Source: Haliotis rubra
Taxonomy: Eukaryota
Length of the DNA stretch: 64,000 nt
Assembly: GCF_003918875.1 (NCBI RefSeq)
Contig: NW_025767101.1
Span: forward strand, 434,001 to 498,000
Direction: 5' to 3'
The position numbers were made by a program, and so were the translations under genes. Positions within the stretch are counted from its first letter, which is position 1. Each line of letters opens with the position of its first letter. The notes beneath the pieces are model-generated. The model was not told the origin of the DNA, searched no databases, and saw only the letters and a program-made list of their open reading frames with translations. Positions 1-13,684 of the stretch are shown here, piece after piece.

Positions 1-3000
1 CATTCCCCAACCTGGCACAATAAAACACGACCATTAGAACCACCATAGCTCTAAAACTGCTTTCTGGATTTCTAAATCTAGGATTTCATAAATTCACGCC
101 AACAGTTCAACACAAACAAATCCTTTGAAAACTGTCTCATTGACGCTTAACAGTAACCATGGTAACAGAACATTAACTAACAAGGAATTATCCTCCCCAA
201 TAAACATGATCAAGAATAATGACTCGTCTTTTTCATGACAGATCATGCATGTTTCTACATTAAGCAGAAGCATGCAATTTCAATTTACTGAGCAGCCACC
301 TGAACATGCTACCTGCACGCTGCACTGAAACACGTACAGCTGACATACATCTGCAGATATTAGTTGTCATGTTATAAACACGTTTTCAAACCAAACAAAG
401 GAATGAATGATACATGAATTACTTCAAATAAAACAGAAAGAGATGCTACACCAGCAGAATCCAACGCTCCATGACACACCACTGTGTTTTACACATGCAC
501 CTATAGTACTCTACTCATGACCGATGAATCAGCTGAGTGTGACAATACACCAGATGCACTCCATAGAACTCGGCAATCTTGCAGCAAGGTTGTGGAGCGT
601 TCAAAACAAGCCACTGCATACAATGTTACTGGGTGACTGGGTGCACAACCACTACCTAGTACACAGATACACACAGTACCTGGACAGTAGACTCAAAGAG
701 TGTACTTTCTTCAACAAGTACAAGCATTTTTTCAAATGCCTTATTACCATCAGTCTATGACGACTTTGGTGTCCACAATCCCAACATGGCATTTACTAGA
801 ATATTTTGCACATTTTAGTGTTACATGGATTATTGTGAGCTGATATTACAGATTAATCAGAATTTTACTAGACGTGAGTTCCAGTTGTTTGTCAAAGACT
901 GTTACCATAAATGTGTTAGATGCTAGAAAATCCATCTGAGCTAAAACACAAAATTCATTCATTATCTCAACAGTTTCAGGTACGGTAAGAATATATATGT
1001 AGTTCTCAACACATTTAGTCACAGTATGGAAATGTTGCTCAGCTGCATCTACAAATAGGTGGGCTCCTCAAATGTACTTCAATTAGCAGTAATTACCTTA
1101 ACATATGACTTATGTACTCTGACAAAACAGCACGCCTCTTAGACCAGATATAATTCCAAATATATTCACGCATTTCAATAACACTAAAAACAGTTAATTT
1201 TTAATTCACACTGATATATAAAATATTGTGAATGATTAGTAATCCAATCTGTTTAAAAATAATAAGATATTCACACTAAGTATTAGTTGTTCAGTTTTTC
1301 TATATGAACCATTATTGACTGCTCTTAATGGATGTAACATTCCTTAGACAAGGCTTCAGGAACCAGGGATAATTTTTACTTATTGACATCTCTATATCTG
1401 GAGTGTATATCAGAAATCGAACTGTAGGCATACCAACTTACATCATGTTTTACTTGCATGGACTCTACATGATTCCTGGATGTTGATTACTTAACATTTG
1501 GTCTTTAATCAAGGGTTAATTTTCTCCTTTGTGTACTTCATCAGCAATCAGTTCTACATTTGGTCTTGTATGCCAATATACATTATTTACTGTACATGTG
1601 ATTAGTGGTGAATGAGGACACGTTGACACAGACAGAGTATTCCACTTGTACCAAGTATAGGCACTATTAAAGCTATTAATGGAGATCATTTTGTTATGAC
1701 ATCGGTTTATGAGACACCAAAACCTTCAGATCTTGCAACCAAGCCCTATTGTTGTTTCCATAGTAATTCACTGTTTTTGTACCATCCAGTTCTGTAACAC
1801 AATCATCCAGTGTTTGAAATTATCAAAGACCTTGTCATAAAATTAACGTTAAGAATTGAACATTATGTGAGTCAAGAAGAAAATACTAAAGAGGGGGGAA
1901 AAGACAAGGACTCTTTGACCCACTTGACCACTGGACAATATCATTGGCGCCAGATATTCATTACTGACCACCAAGCTGACAACAGGGCAGTGTTACACAC
2001 TCAACACCATTCCATCAACATGTACATACCCAATGAAATAATCAGTTAAAAAAATTCAATAGTCTAATCACAATGTTCAATAACAGACAGTATCCAGTAT
2101 GATCACCATGGTTACATCACAAGTCATCAATATGCTAATGACCATCTGGGAACTCATCCACTTGTATCAATACACTCAAAGTTATCCACTAATCCCCAAA
2201 ACATTGATCAACAACATCCTCCACAAAGAACATTGATTTCAATTTAGATCTTCGTTCCCATCTCAACACTTGTGTTTGATAGCCATATTTTTTTCTGCAG
2301 CACGACAGCTTCATCAACAACGTTACCTTGATCCCAACTGCCACACGGCATGCAGAGGTCCTGATTTACCTACGCTAATCAATCCCACGAGATTGATACA
2401 GCCAGACTGCACCTACACTGATTGACTGTCTCCTGATTTACGGCTAGTCATTTTATCTACACATGGCCAGCTAATGGAGAGCTACACATCAGTCAGGATA
2501 CTGTCAAGGATTTGGCAGCTCAAGTACTGCCAAGCATCTTGAGTAATGATCCAAATATTGAACAATGAGATAAAAAAACAATATCCCTGAGGCTGATGAT
2601 GGTGGTTAAGTATATGCCTATGATGTACTTATATACATGAATCAATTTTGTTGTTTGGGAACTATAAAGAACATGGCTGTATATATTGAGTATACACTTT
2701 GATCCATGTGGCAGCACTCATCAGAAACAAGTTAATGGCCCCATATGTCATATTTCCTACCCAGACAAAACAGAGTGAAATATGTAGGCAATTAGATGAA
2801 TAACATTCTGCCAAGCAGTTTGGTAAATGTAATGGTATAGCCCTGAACAGTATTTCAATCTAAGTACATCCATGACCAAGACAAGGACCCCCTAAGCCTT
2901 TGATCATGTTGACCTTAATCACGCTTATTTTGAACACTGACTTCTATTTCTATTCAATCATTCTGGGGTTGTACCTGTAGTACTGGGTTTGTTTGTGGCT

Positions 3001-4167
3001 CTCATGGCATTCTCAGAAATCAAACAATGTCATTTGATTTCAACATATCATCTGTCCGTATGACTCCTACATGCAGGCACAAATGACAGTCAGTAGTTGT
3101 ATCACAATGTTAAACAGGAACATCAATAACAGTCCAGCTGATTGCAAACATGCTATTCATGAAACACACAAGGCAATACCACAAACACTGACAAACTGCA
3201 GCCATCCATCTAAATCAAACTGGAAGCTATTCAAACTTGAAATTATTCTAGAATATTCTTCAAATATGACCAAATTGACATTATTCAATCACATCTCTAC
3301 ATCCTAACCACAGTTGCAATACATCTGCAATGAGAGGCTCTGTTGTCCTTGATCATTATTCAAGTAATTACCAGCTGATTACAAAGCTAAGAAAAGTTAA
3401 CATTTTTCCATTGCTATGCTAAAATAAAGGTTCCTGAACCCCTAAAACCATTACCATGGTTACAGTGAGGTTTCATGTTAGTAATCAGCAAATGGAGATA
3501 GCAGACTGATTAACAGACCTGCCCACAGCACCAAAAATCAGTGCTCAGTGAAATAATGCATCTATAATAGAAAGCAGATTTTAAGTATATACATTTACCA
3601 AGCTGGCAAGTTGATCATCCTGGACAAACTGTTTTGAGCGCAGTGACTTGCCACAACAATATAGAGAACATGCCTCACAGGTCTGATGAACAGCATCAAT
3701 CATGCCAGCCTTTATTGCTAACAATCGTTTATGACATGCTCGTCATCGTCTGGGAATTGTGACAGTTGACTGACAGGTAATCCATTACAATAGTTCATTT
3801 AAGTCATATTTATCACAATCAGGTCAAAGATCACTGTCCTCAGCTTTTGAAAATTCAAAATTAACATTAAACTTTCAAACATTGGTTTGCAAATTTACCT
3901 GGACAAATTTTGAATAAAGTGACAGGACAGTAAGTCTGATCAAATTTTAAGAAACGATCAGGTTTATTCGATATCAAAAGGATAGATGAGAATTATTAAC
4001 AGTCATGCAATCTGTAATAATGGTAAGTAAATTGATGTATTGTTGGGTTCTTCACAATAACAATTCCAGGTGAGCTGCATAGCTATGTAAATTATGCAAA
4101 AACAATGTTGAAAACTCAGTTAAATGGTTAGTTCCAGGGATATACAGTTAAGTCAACAACACGTGTG

Positions 4168-4418
4168 AACATACCTGTAACGTTTATCCGACACTTGTGT
4201 GTGTAAACATACTGACAGATGCTCAAAACAACATCCTAGGATATAAAAAACTGCATATAATATAGCGTTTTGTATGTGAAAATGATGCTCAGCCATCCGG
4301 ATTACGGAAAACAGATTTCGGATAAGTTTCGGATAAGTAATTTTACAACATTGTGAATTCGTTCTGGGGGGTTTTTGTTCGGAAGGCGAGTTTTCCGGAT
4401 AAACGGGACAGGACTGTA
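4168..4418. mobile_element. Degenerate Tc1/pogo-type MITE
   Basis: cgtttatccg / cggataaacg...actgta inverted ends; internal cggata repeats. Confidence 0.4.
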
Positions 4419-4823
4419 TTTATTGGAGACTGTTTGTCAACTTAAATAAGAGTTGTTATTGAAGAAAATGCACTGCACAACGTTTGTTTTGGGGTGTTTT
4501 GTATTTTGTTTACTGGGGGTTACTTGTGGGCAGAAGCATTGCAGAATCAACCTTGGTTCACAGTACCAAGCTGACACTTTCAGGTTCCATTACAACACAT
4601 TTCCATAGCATTGGTGCAGCCATTCTACTCATCCTGTGACTGGTGAAATAACTGAAAGAATGTTGTCAGAGGCACTAACCCTGACTCTTCAATCAAAGAT
4701 CTTTACCTTTTAATAAAGTGCCTTCTCTGTAGCTCATTTTGAAAAATACTCAATAGAGCCGAGTTAAGGAAAGTAAAATATATTTGCTTTTTAATCAAAA
4801 CTTGGGATAGCCAACTAAAACGA

Positions 4824-5034
4824 TTGGTTTGTTGTTTTATGCCCCACTCAGCAATATTCTAGCTATTTGGTGGTAGTCTGTAAATAATCGAGTCTGGACC
4901 AGACAATCCAGTGATGAACAGCATGAGCATCGATCTACGCAATTGGGATGATGATGATGATGACTGTCAACCAAGTCAGCGAGCCTGACCACCCAATTCC
5001 GTTAGTTGCCTCTCAGGACAAGCATGGGTTGTTG
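4824..5034 (-). mobile_element. SINE family A, 5'-truncated
   Basis: Matches the 7879-8118 copy over about 200 bp. Confidence 0.85.
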
Positions 5035-5387
5035 CAATTCAAATACATCCTCAATGACACAGACACAATAACCTGGATGTCTGTGAGTTAGAACAGCTCA
5101 CATTATCGTGTTACACCAATTGTATACAGGAGGCAAGACCAGACAATAAGTGAATGAATCCATGTTGATATTACCTTCTCATACGAGTGCGGAACATGAC
5201 ATGACTCACTGAATACTTACTGCCATAAATATAACAATGCCCCACAGTATAGTGAACTAACAATAAGTTATATACAAAAGCGGAAAACCAGTCAAAATAA
5301 CAAAAGGCACATCCTGATAATGGAAGCTTGGCAACATGACTTTATTGTGCTTTTGTGATAGCAGGATACAGATAAAAATGCACTTAG

Positions 5388-5415
5388 CTCACCTGCACAG
5401 AAGACACTGTTAGTA
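5388..5415 (-). other. Candidate recursive splice site (branch point + pyrimidine tract + CAG|GTGAG)
   Basis: Minus strand reads TACTAACagtgtcttctgtgCAG|GTGAGc, junction at 5393|5392. Confidence 0.4.
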
Positions 5416-7878
5416 AGTTTAAAAACAAATTTTAGAAAATGGTCGCTAGCAGAACCACTTATTAATGAAGATACACATAAAAATAAACGAACATCTACAA
5501 TCTGACAAGATTATGGGAGCAAAGAGGCACCATGTGGATTGTTTGGCCTGATAAAGATCCCCAGATGGTGATATGGTAGGAAACAACTTTTTGTGAACTC
5601 GATCAGGCTAGTTACAACCAACTTTGGTCACCCATATCACAACTTCATCTTCGACAGTTTCCTAAGGTTGAGTTGGGTTTTACGCTGCTTTTAGCAACAT
5701 TCAAGATTTACCATAGCAGAAGACACATAGAACATTTTCAAGCATTGTACTCATGGAGTGAAGGGAATTCTGGGCTTTGACTTGACAATCCTACACATTA
5801 ACCACTTGGCTAACCAACCCAGTTTCAAAATAACATTATACTACAAAGTACAAATAGACAATGACAAACTTACATGGATCTAGCACATGCAAGGGAAAAA
5901 GAGGATGCTGCCCTTGAAAAAAGTAGTCACATACAATGATAGGTGAAAAAGCAGATTGACTTCAGCAGGGAATTCAGCTAATGCACAGAACTGATGCGAT
6001 TCTCACCTGTGGCTAGTCATTATTGACAGCAACCACACAGTACAACTCTGCACAATGCATGTACAATGCATCCAGCATAACTAATGAGACCTGGATATCT
6101 GTCTACCACTTTATGCCATCCTACCATAAACCATACTCAAATGGCCACTAATGTCTCATTTTCGAACCTACACTTTTTTCCTTCAAGTAAACTTCCTGCT
6201 TGGCAATATCATTTCAGACATGTTTGCCTTCCCACAAACAAGATCACATTATCCTCTGGTATCTACTTAACCACACTGACAATGTCAGAGCTTGTGAAAA
6301 ACTACTTACACACACCCTTCATAAGCTTTCTATTTAACATGTTTAATGAGACACTGCAAATCACAACTGGCATTTGTCTATCAGCCTCACAGAACACTTC
6401 ATTCACAACTGTTAATAATTCCGTAATGTTTTTCACCATGTACATTCATCATACCGATATTACAACATTTGTACATCTCTATCATTTTCTCCCAAAGTTT
6501 TGAAAAATACTTCCATAAAAAGATCCATCATTATATTAATTATGATTAGTTTTAGGCATGCCAAGTCAAAGAGACTGCAAGAAATGAACAGGAATGTGTA
6601 ACTGAATTAACATCAGGCACTTCAATACTGTATCATTTCCAACAAAACCATAATATACAAATAAATGACTTCAGTCTAGTGCTCGGGAATGTAGATAACA
6701 AAATGATCACAAAATTGCACACATCATAAACTTTAATGACATTAATCATGTAATGTCCTTTCAAGGAATGCCATTAACACAAATTCTGGATATGAACTAT
6801 CACTACTACACAAGCCATAAATAACGCTATACACATACCGACACAGAAAAAAAAGAATTCTTTACAAAATAACATTACACAGCCACAAAAACACAGCTAA
6901 GGACGAAACAAGGTCAGTCTGCAGTATCAAGGGCAAACAGGCAAGGTATTTAATGTGAGGAGTGAGTGTGTCACAAATGATGATTTCACACACATAAGCA
7001 AACCAGGTAAGATAGGAATACCAGGATATGTTTCACGATTAGCCTGTATATGAGGTGACATGAGAAACAGTTGTAATGTTCCAAGAATATGATATCAAAT
7101 TATTGTGAAGCAAGAGCAAGGGCAGAAGAATTGTTTCACAATGCCACATGTACCGTACTTCGAGTTGTAACAGGGCTTAGAGACAACCCACTGATGACAT
7201 CCGTACCATGTCAGCTTGCAGATTGGGTTAATCTCTTCAGTCATTTAGACAATGGTTTTGACCTCATAAGGTCTGTGGTTTGAATCCCATTTCGGGACTC
7301 GGACAATTTATGGCCCATGAATGTTGGGCTGAATACATTCATATCAGATTGGAGCAAAGTAAGTCTCATTGCCCTACTATGAGGACACTGACTTGCCTTC
7401 TGTAGATGGGGAGTATGTAGAAGGGTGTGGAGAGAGACATGTCAACTTCCTTGGTCATGTGGACAAGTTGCCCCACCTTTCATTACATCCAACACAAAAT
7501 CACATCTGGGACACCAGAAATAGCTTTGAGATTTTGTAGTCTTACACCTAGCCACACAATGAAACCTGGGACTAAAAGCAAGACTAATATGACACATCAA
7601 CCAGTAATTACTGATAGTGTCTGAAATTAAGGGACTGATTCAATAGTATCTCATGTTTGTGACTTGAATGCCTCAAATCCTCAAGAAAATTCAAGTTCCC
7701 CCCCACCTCAATATCATTATTTTCACCTAATGTTGACATTTTCAGACATTACTACCCATATTTCCCAATAATGCTTTCATCTTAGTTATTAATGGTCATA
7801 ATAGATTAAATTTACAAACCATGGTCTGAAAGTTCTAATTTTACAAAATCATGCATCACTGTTATTTATACTGGTATA

Positions 7879-8118
7879 GTGAGTGAGTTTAGTTTTACGC
7901 TGCACTCAGCAATATTCCAGCTATATGGCGACGGTCTGTAAATAATCGAGTCAGGACCAGACAATTCAGTGATCAACAGCATGAGCATCGATCTACACAA
8001 CTGGGATACAACGATATGTGTCAACCAAGTCAGCGAGCCTGACCACCTGATCCCCTTACTCGCCTTTAACGACAAGCATGGGTTGGTGTAGACCAATTCT
8101 AACACAGATCTTCACGGG
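7879..8118 (-). mobile_element. SINE family A, full length
   Basis: 14-bp TSD tttatactggtata (7865-7878, 8119-8132); (CTCA)n tail. Confidence 0.9.
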
Positions 8119-9660
8119 TTTATACTGGTATAAATTCACACTTTCATCTACAACAAGTTACAACACCTCCATCATTTAATATCAATACCTTATCAGAATA
8201 CCCACTGAGAGTGTGGAGACAAAGGACTTTCTACACAGTACTGACATTCCAAACAAACTTATGAATTCTAGGTCATAGGTCCTGTTCAAAGCAGTGTTGC
8301 GCAAACTCGTGTGGGTGGATAAGTGTCCACTAATCTCGTCCTCACTTCAGATTCACCTTGGCATGCATGAAGGTGTATACAATATGGGTCAAGGTGAAAG
8401 ATGAAAGTAATCCTGTGTATCAGTGACGGGTGACATCTCCGACTTGCACAGTGTTATAAGTCAGTATACTTATCAGTCACTTCCACACCTCGTAATTGTT
8501 CAGATAAGCCCAAAACCGCCTACACATATTGGCTGGGGTACATTCAAAACAGGTGGGATTCTCTTCACCTAGATAGGTAAACCTGGTGCTGCTTATTGGC
8601 AACATGTCACCAGACCTGCTCAGAAAGCTATCAGACATGCTAATGGAAATTCCTACCATACTTGTACCATGCTTTTGCTGCATTGTTCATCACACTATTA
8701 AGAAATGTAGGCTAAGCACAATTCAGTTCTATCCCTGAGTCCAAGCTTGAACTGTGCGACAGCAATCATACATTAGATAGATATACTAAATATACTTGTG
8801 ACTGATGGAAACACAAGCTGTTGCTACTCACTGCATTGTAACTGTCACCTATACCATTAGACCTCTCTTGCAATATGAGGAGTTAGCAAAATGAACAATC
8901 ACAAACAGTATTTAGAGCAACGAACAAGTGGCAAACACCAGCTGTGCTATAAAATATGCATCGAACAGTCCAAATCTGCTTACATAAGCATGCCATTTAT
9001 ATACACCCAAAAGGACAAGCCAATTATAGTAGATTACTACGTCTAGTCCATTTTCATTGCTACTACCTTCTAATTCCTACAGCTTAAGCCATGTCACAAA
9101 CAGAAAATTCAGACACTGTTCTTCCAGTGTAGTGGGAGACAGACAAAGGCACAGATTACACCACATTGGTCAGCCACTGTGGTGATTATGGTGTTTCCGC
9201 AACATGGGCTTCCAAAGTATCTCTTGTATCTGAAAATCAGCCCTACTTTCCCCTGATCGCAGTTAGCATGTCTGTGAGCATTTCATGACTGTGTATTGCT
9301 GTCAACTTGATCAATGCAAAAGAGAGGCTGCTAGTTGTGGTGTAACCTGGTTAACCTTACACAGCACATGAAAGGTGATCTCCACCTACACAATTCCATT
9401 TCCTGGAGAAGGATTGAATGTGACACTTGCTATGTACTGGTTGGGCTAGTGCATCCTACTTAAACAATGTTAAAAGGTTTGGAAAGTTCTAGTTTGCATT
9501 ACAGTTATAAAAGATAAGGTTAGAAGTCAGTCTGATCCTTTTACGTTGAATTCTTTTTCTTCCAATTGGTTATATGAAAGCAGCCTGAAAATACACAATC
9601 CAACTTATTAGGGTATGATGACATGCAGTCAAAGTCAAAAGTCTGACCACAAATGAAATA

Positions 9661-9852
9661 GGAGGCGACTAACAGGATTGGGTGGTCAGGCTCGCAGACT
9701 TGGTTGACACACGGCATCATATCCCAATTACGTAGATCGATGCTCATGCTGTTCATCACTGGATCATCTGGTCCAGACACGATTAATTACAGACCACCAC
9801 CATATAGCTGGAATATTGCTGAGTGCGGTGTAAAACTAAACTCACTCACTCA
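9661..9852 (+). mobile_element. SINE family A, 5'-truncated
   Basis: gaggcgactaac...gctggaatattgctgagtgcggtgtaaaactaaactcactcactca. Confidence 0.88.
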
Positions 9853-12117
9853 TAAAGTCACTACCACCATAGGTAGCTAAGTATAATTTCTAACTTAAAT
9901 CAGAATCAGATCTTGATGAAATTATAGGTACTAATTGGTCTCCAGGAATCAGATCCTGTGTGAGTTCTGGCTAGATCCTTGTCATGACAGGGTTTGTGCC
10001 AGTTTCTAATGCTGTTAAACAGGTTCCAGTTTAAATCACTTAGTTGAAGTCTGGCATTCAATGAGACACAAACCTACAGCCTACTGCCTGACAATTCTCA
10101 CGTTAACCCGCCAGTACTTACACACGGGAGGGGCATATTCAGGGCTGGTGATAGGTCAAATAATGCAATATCTGTGCAGCATTACATGGGTGTGTAACTA
10201 CTGTTACAGCATACCTAAAAATACACATCAGGAGATCACATGCAGTGTCGCCCTGATTTCTCATTCACTGAGCACCAATACAAGTAAAATATTTATGTAC
10301 ATCAAAACTTAATTTTCATTTGAAATGCATTATAAATTGATCAACTGTTCAAATGTATTTTTTTTCCCACACAACATTTGAATAAGGTGGAAATAGATTG
10401 GTTTCTAATCTGATTTGATCTCATTTCAGAAGTATCTATTAATCATGTTTATCATGTAACCATGGTAACAGGGACAAGATAGATTGTGATGAATTGGAAA
10501 CAAACTATTTAAACTCCCAATAACCATGTTTAAACTTTAAAATGTTCTGTTAAACACTGACATACAGTGGAACACTGAAAATCATTAGTTCAGTCAACAA
10601 GCCATAGTTTTCACTAACAACATTTTCTTCAGTCTTGGAAAAGCAATGTATCACCCTATTAAACTTGTTAATCCACACCAGTACAAAATGGAAAGCATCA
10701 ACAACTGATTAGTGAATCTATATTCATGGATGGAGAATGAACACGATAAAGTAACAGAGAATGTTTTTGCCCTTCTGAGCAATATATTTACAGATGTACT
10801 GCACATGTATTAACATATGCCAGGTATGGGAGTGACCACTGACCACTGTCACTTCTTGTGACAAGTACTCTTAAAACATTAAACCCAGTAGCTCATTTAC
10901 CTCACTCAACATCAATAATGATCAAGGATAACAGCCTACGACTTTAGCTAATGGTCTGATGCCCATGTCTCTTAATATTCTGTTTGGCCTAATGTAAAGC
11001 TTAGCTCCTGTCCACATCGTAACCCTAAAATCTACTGAAAGTGACGCTAAAAGGATAATTTGGACTTAAACCTTCCTGACACTGACTGGTTTAAACTAAA
11101 GAAAAGAAGTTACTGATAACAAAAATTTTGGGATGATGTTTTTGTAGTGAAGACTAAGCACCCAATTTCTGAAAATACCCACCAAAGATATTCATGATCC
11201 TCAATTCTTTTCATTCAGTTTGTATGTTTCGTATACAGGCACACATGGAGGTGATACATGAAACCAGAAAGACCTTTGGCATTTGCCATGTACACTTGTG
11301 GTACCTCAAGAACCAGCATACCTTCCTGACCTAATGCTAGTCTCTAATGCTAGCCTCGCATGTCTCCAGATCACAGTGTCACTACAAGCGTAAAGGATAC
11401 ATGGATATACATTCCAAAGAACTTGTGGCCATGGACATGAACCCTGATAAATGTAAACAGTCAGCTCTAGCTATGTTTGTTATTCAATATATAGGCATCA
11501 AGAATACCACACAATTACATAAAAAATAACATATTTCAATCACATTATCACATTTATAATATAACTTCCCAAATTAGCCTTGAAACTTTGTGAACAATAT
11601 AAATAAAATAAACGAGTCAAGATCTAATAATACTAACCGATAAACATAAACAACATACTGTAAACTACTACACTAACCACACTGATCACACGAACATTAG
11701 ATCAGTAAACATTAGGACAGACCATCTATTCTTTTCAAATTCCTTCAAAAACTGACCAATATGACATCCTCAATGGTGTTACCTGACCTTGAAAGTGATT
11801 ATTATTGTGTGGTCATCTTGAACTCCACCCATGCCGAAGACCAGGAAGAAGCAGTTGTTTATCAACATGTTTACCCACTTTATCTACTGACATCAAAGCT
11901 TCCTCAATATCAAGTCCTAAGTCAGGATATCTACTCTTACCGTCCTGTCATCCACCAACCAACTACATATATACAGCCCACACGACATAATAAAGGAGGG
12001 GATTTACCACCATTTGCCAGCCTTGCTAACTATAGATTAACAATTACATATAGACATAATGCGCTTTAAATGTACTCTTTACATTCTATTTTCTACTCGC
12101 ACACATCAGCCTTTTAA

Positions 12118-12267
12118 GTGAGTGAGTATGTTTACGCTACTTTTGGCAAAATTCCAACAATATCATGTGAAGGTGAAAAGACATGGGCTTCACACATTGT
12201 TCTCGTGTGGGCAATGAACCAGAGAGTTTGGCGTCACGAGCAAAATGCTGTAACATCTAGGCCACCC
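12118..12267 (-). mobile_element. SINE family B, degenerate
   Basis: gggcttcacacattgt core and gtgagtgag tail. Confidence 0.7.
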
Positions 12268-12429
12268 AACAGCATTTTCACCATACCAAGTGGTCTTGAA
12301 TACAAAGTGGACACCAACCTCACCGTTTTTACTTCTTTTTATGGTATACAAACATGTCAATACACATGTATCCTCATTGATAACATTCCCTCAGCATGAC
12401 AAAACACCAATGTCAGGGCATCTACATGA

Positions 12430-12588
12430 GTGAGTGAGTAAGTTTAGTTTTACGCCGCTTTTAGCAATATTCCAGCAATTTCACGGCAGGGGACACCAGA
12501 CACACATTGTGCCGATATGGGGAATCGAACCCGGGTCTTCAGTGTGACGAGCGAACACATTAACCCCTGGGCTACCCATCACCTCGCG
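12430..12588 (-). mobile_element. SINE family B (tRNA-derived)
   Basis: TSD tctacatga; B box GGTTCGATTCC on the minus strand. Confidence 0.85.
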
Positions 12589-13254
12589 TCTACATGAAAT
12601 ATGTATACATGTGTTTTACAGGAGTTTCTTATTCAAACAGAATATTTTAATAATTCAGAACAGTGTTCTAAATTAAATGGGCCCTGAAGTCTTCTATTAA
12701 TAATTATATTTGAATTTTAAATGTTTAACGTTTATCTTTTCAGTTCTGACAAAACCCCTCATCTATCATGCTTGATGCAGAAAACTGATACTTGACACAA
12801 AAACTGAAGATACATATTTCATGATTTCATGATGCTTATTATCACTCAGATGAGGAAACATGAGACTGTAACACAAATCAATACTACTGGACAGCTCCTG
12901 GTAACTGAGACTCATAAATTCCAAGTAAACCTATAAACTATGCCCAGAAAGACAGCACCATTAACAGAAGAATAAGTTCCAGAAAATGTCATAAGAACTG
13001 TCCACTAACTTTGTTCTTCAAAAGCTGAACAACTGCATTCATAAAGACAGGAACTAGAGCTCATCTTCTTGTACACTCCTACATGTTAAAGAACCCAGCC
13101 TTGGATTTAGACTTGGATCAATCACCTTGACTTTAAGATCCCTTGCTCAGAACCACAGGCTTTATTTACTTAGGATTGAACTATTGCAGACTGCATAGTT
13201 CCACCGGGCTCATTTATCCACGTTTAATGTGTCAGAAATGTCATGAGCCGAGTC

Positions 13255-13480
13255 GAGACAGATTTCTATAAATTAGGACTGCAACGAATCCACTCTGAGG
13301 CAAATATGACACATAATGAATATGATTATTGGGTAACAAAGTCAGCAATTGACGTATTATTAAATATAGTCTATGAAATAATTATAAAATATTTATTTGA
13401 CATTTTTTCACCATGTTGACAGTGTTAACTTATTATGACAATGACCAGTGACCACATGAATGTCAAATAAAAACATGAGA
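13255..13480 (+). repeat. Old dispersed repeat; inverted copy at about 26360-26670
   Basis: tgacaatgaccagtgacc and gtcagcaattgacgta blocks match the reverse complement of the 26.4-26.6 kb region. Confidence 0.55.
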
Positions 13481-13684
13481 GAGTTGGCTATCATCTTGCC
13501 TGTCTTGGATATATTCCATTTTGCATATCTCATTTTGATAAATCCAAACTCAATAAAAAAAATAATATTAAACTTTATTTAAAAAAACCCATGAATATTT
13601 GATTCTAGTGATCATGAATAACAAAATGAAGAGATTAATTCACATCTGTTTGTTTGATTCACTGAATACACAAGTGAATGGTAA

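Noticed and set aside
6084-6503. 139-codon plus-strand ORF
   Set aside because: Its composition reflects the local C/A/T strand skew; no domain or splice support
7240-7320. Second copy of the tRNA-headed IR element
   Set aside because: Only a short B-box-like match (ggtttgaatccc...gggactc); no arms, tail or TSD found
7866-8105. Recurring similar short ORFs (also 9541, 39773, 52808, 21557, 40688)
   Set aside because: All are translations of SINE families A and B, not a gene family
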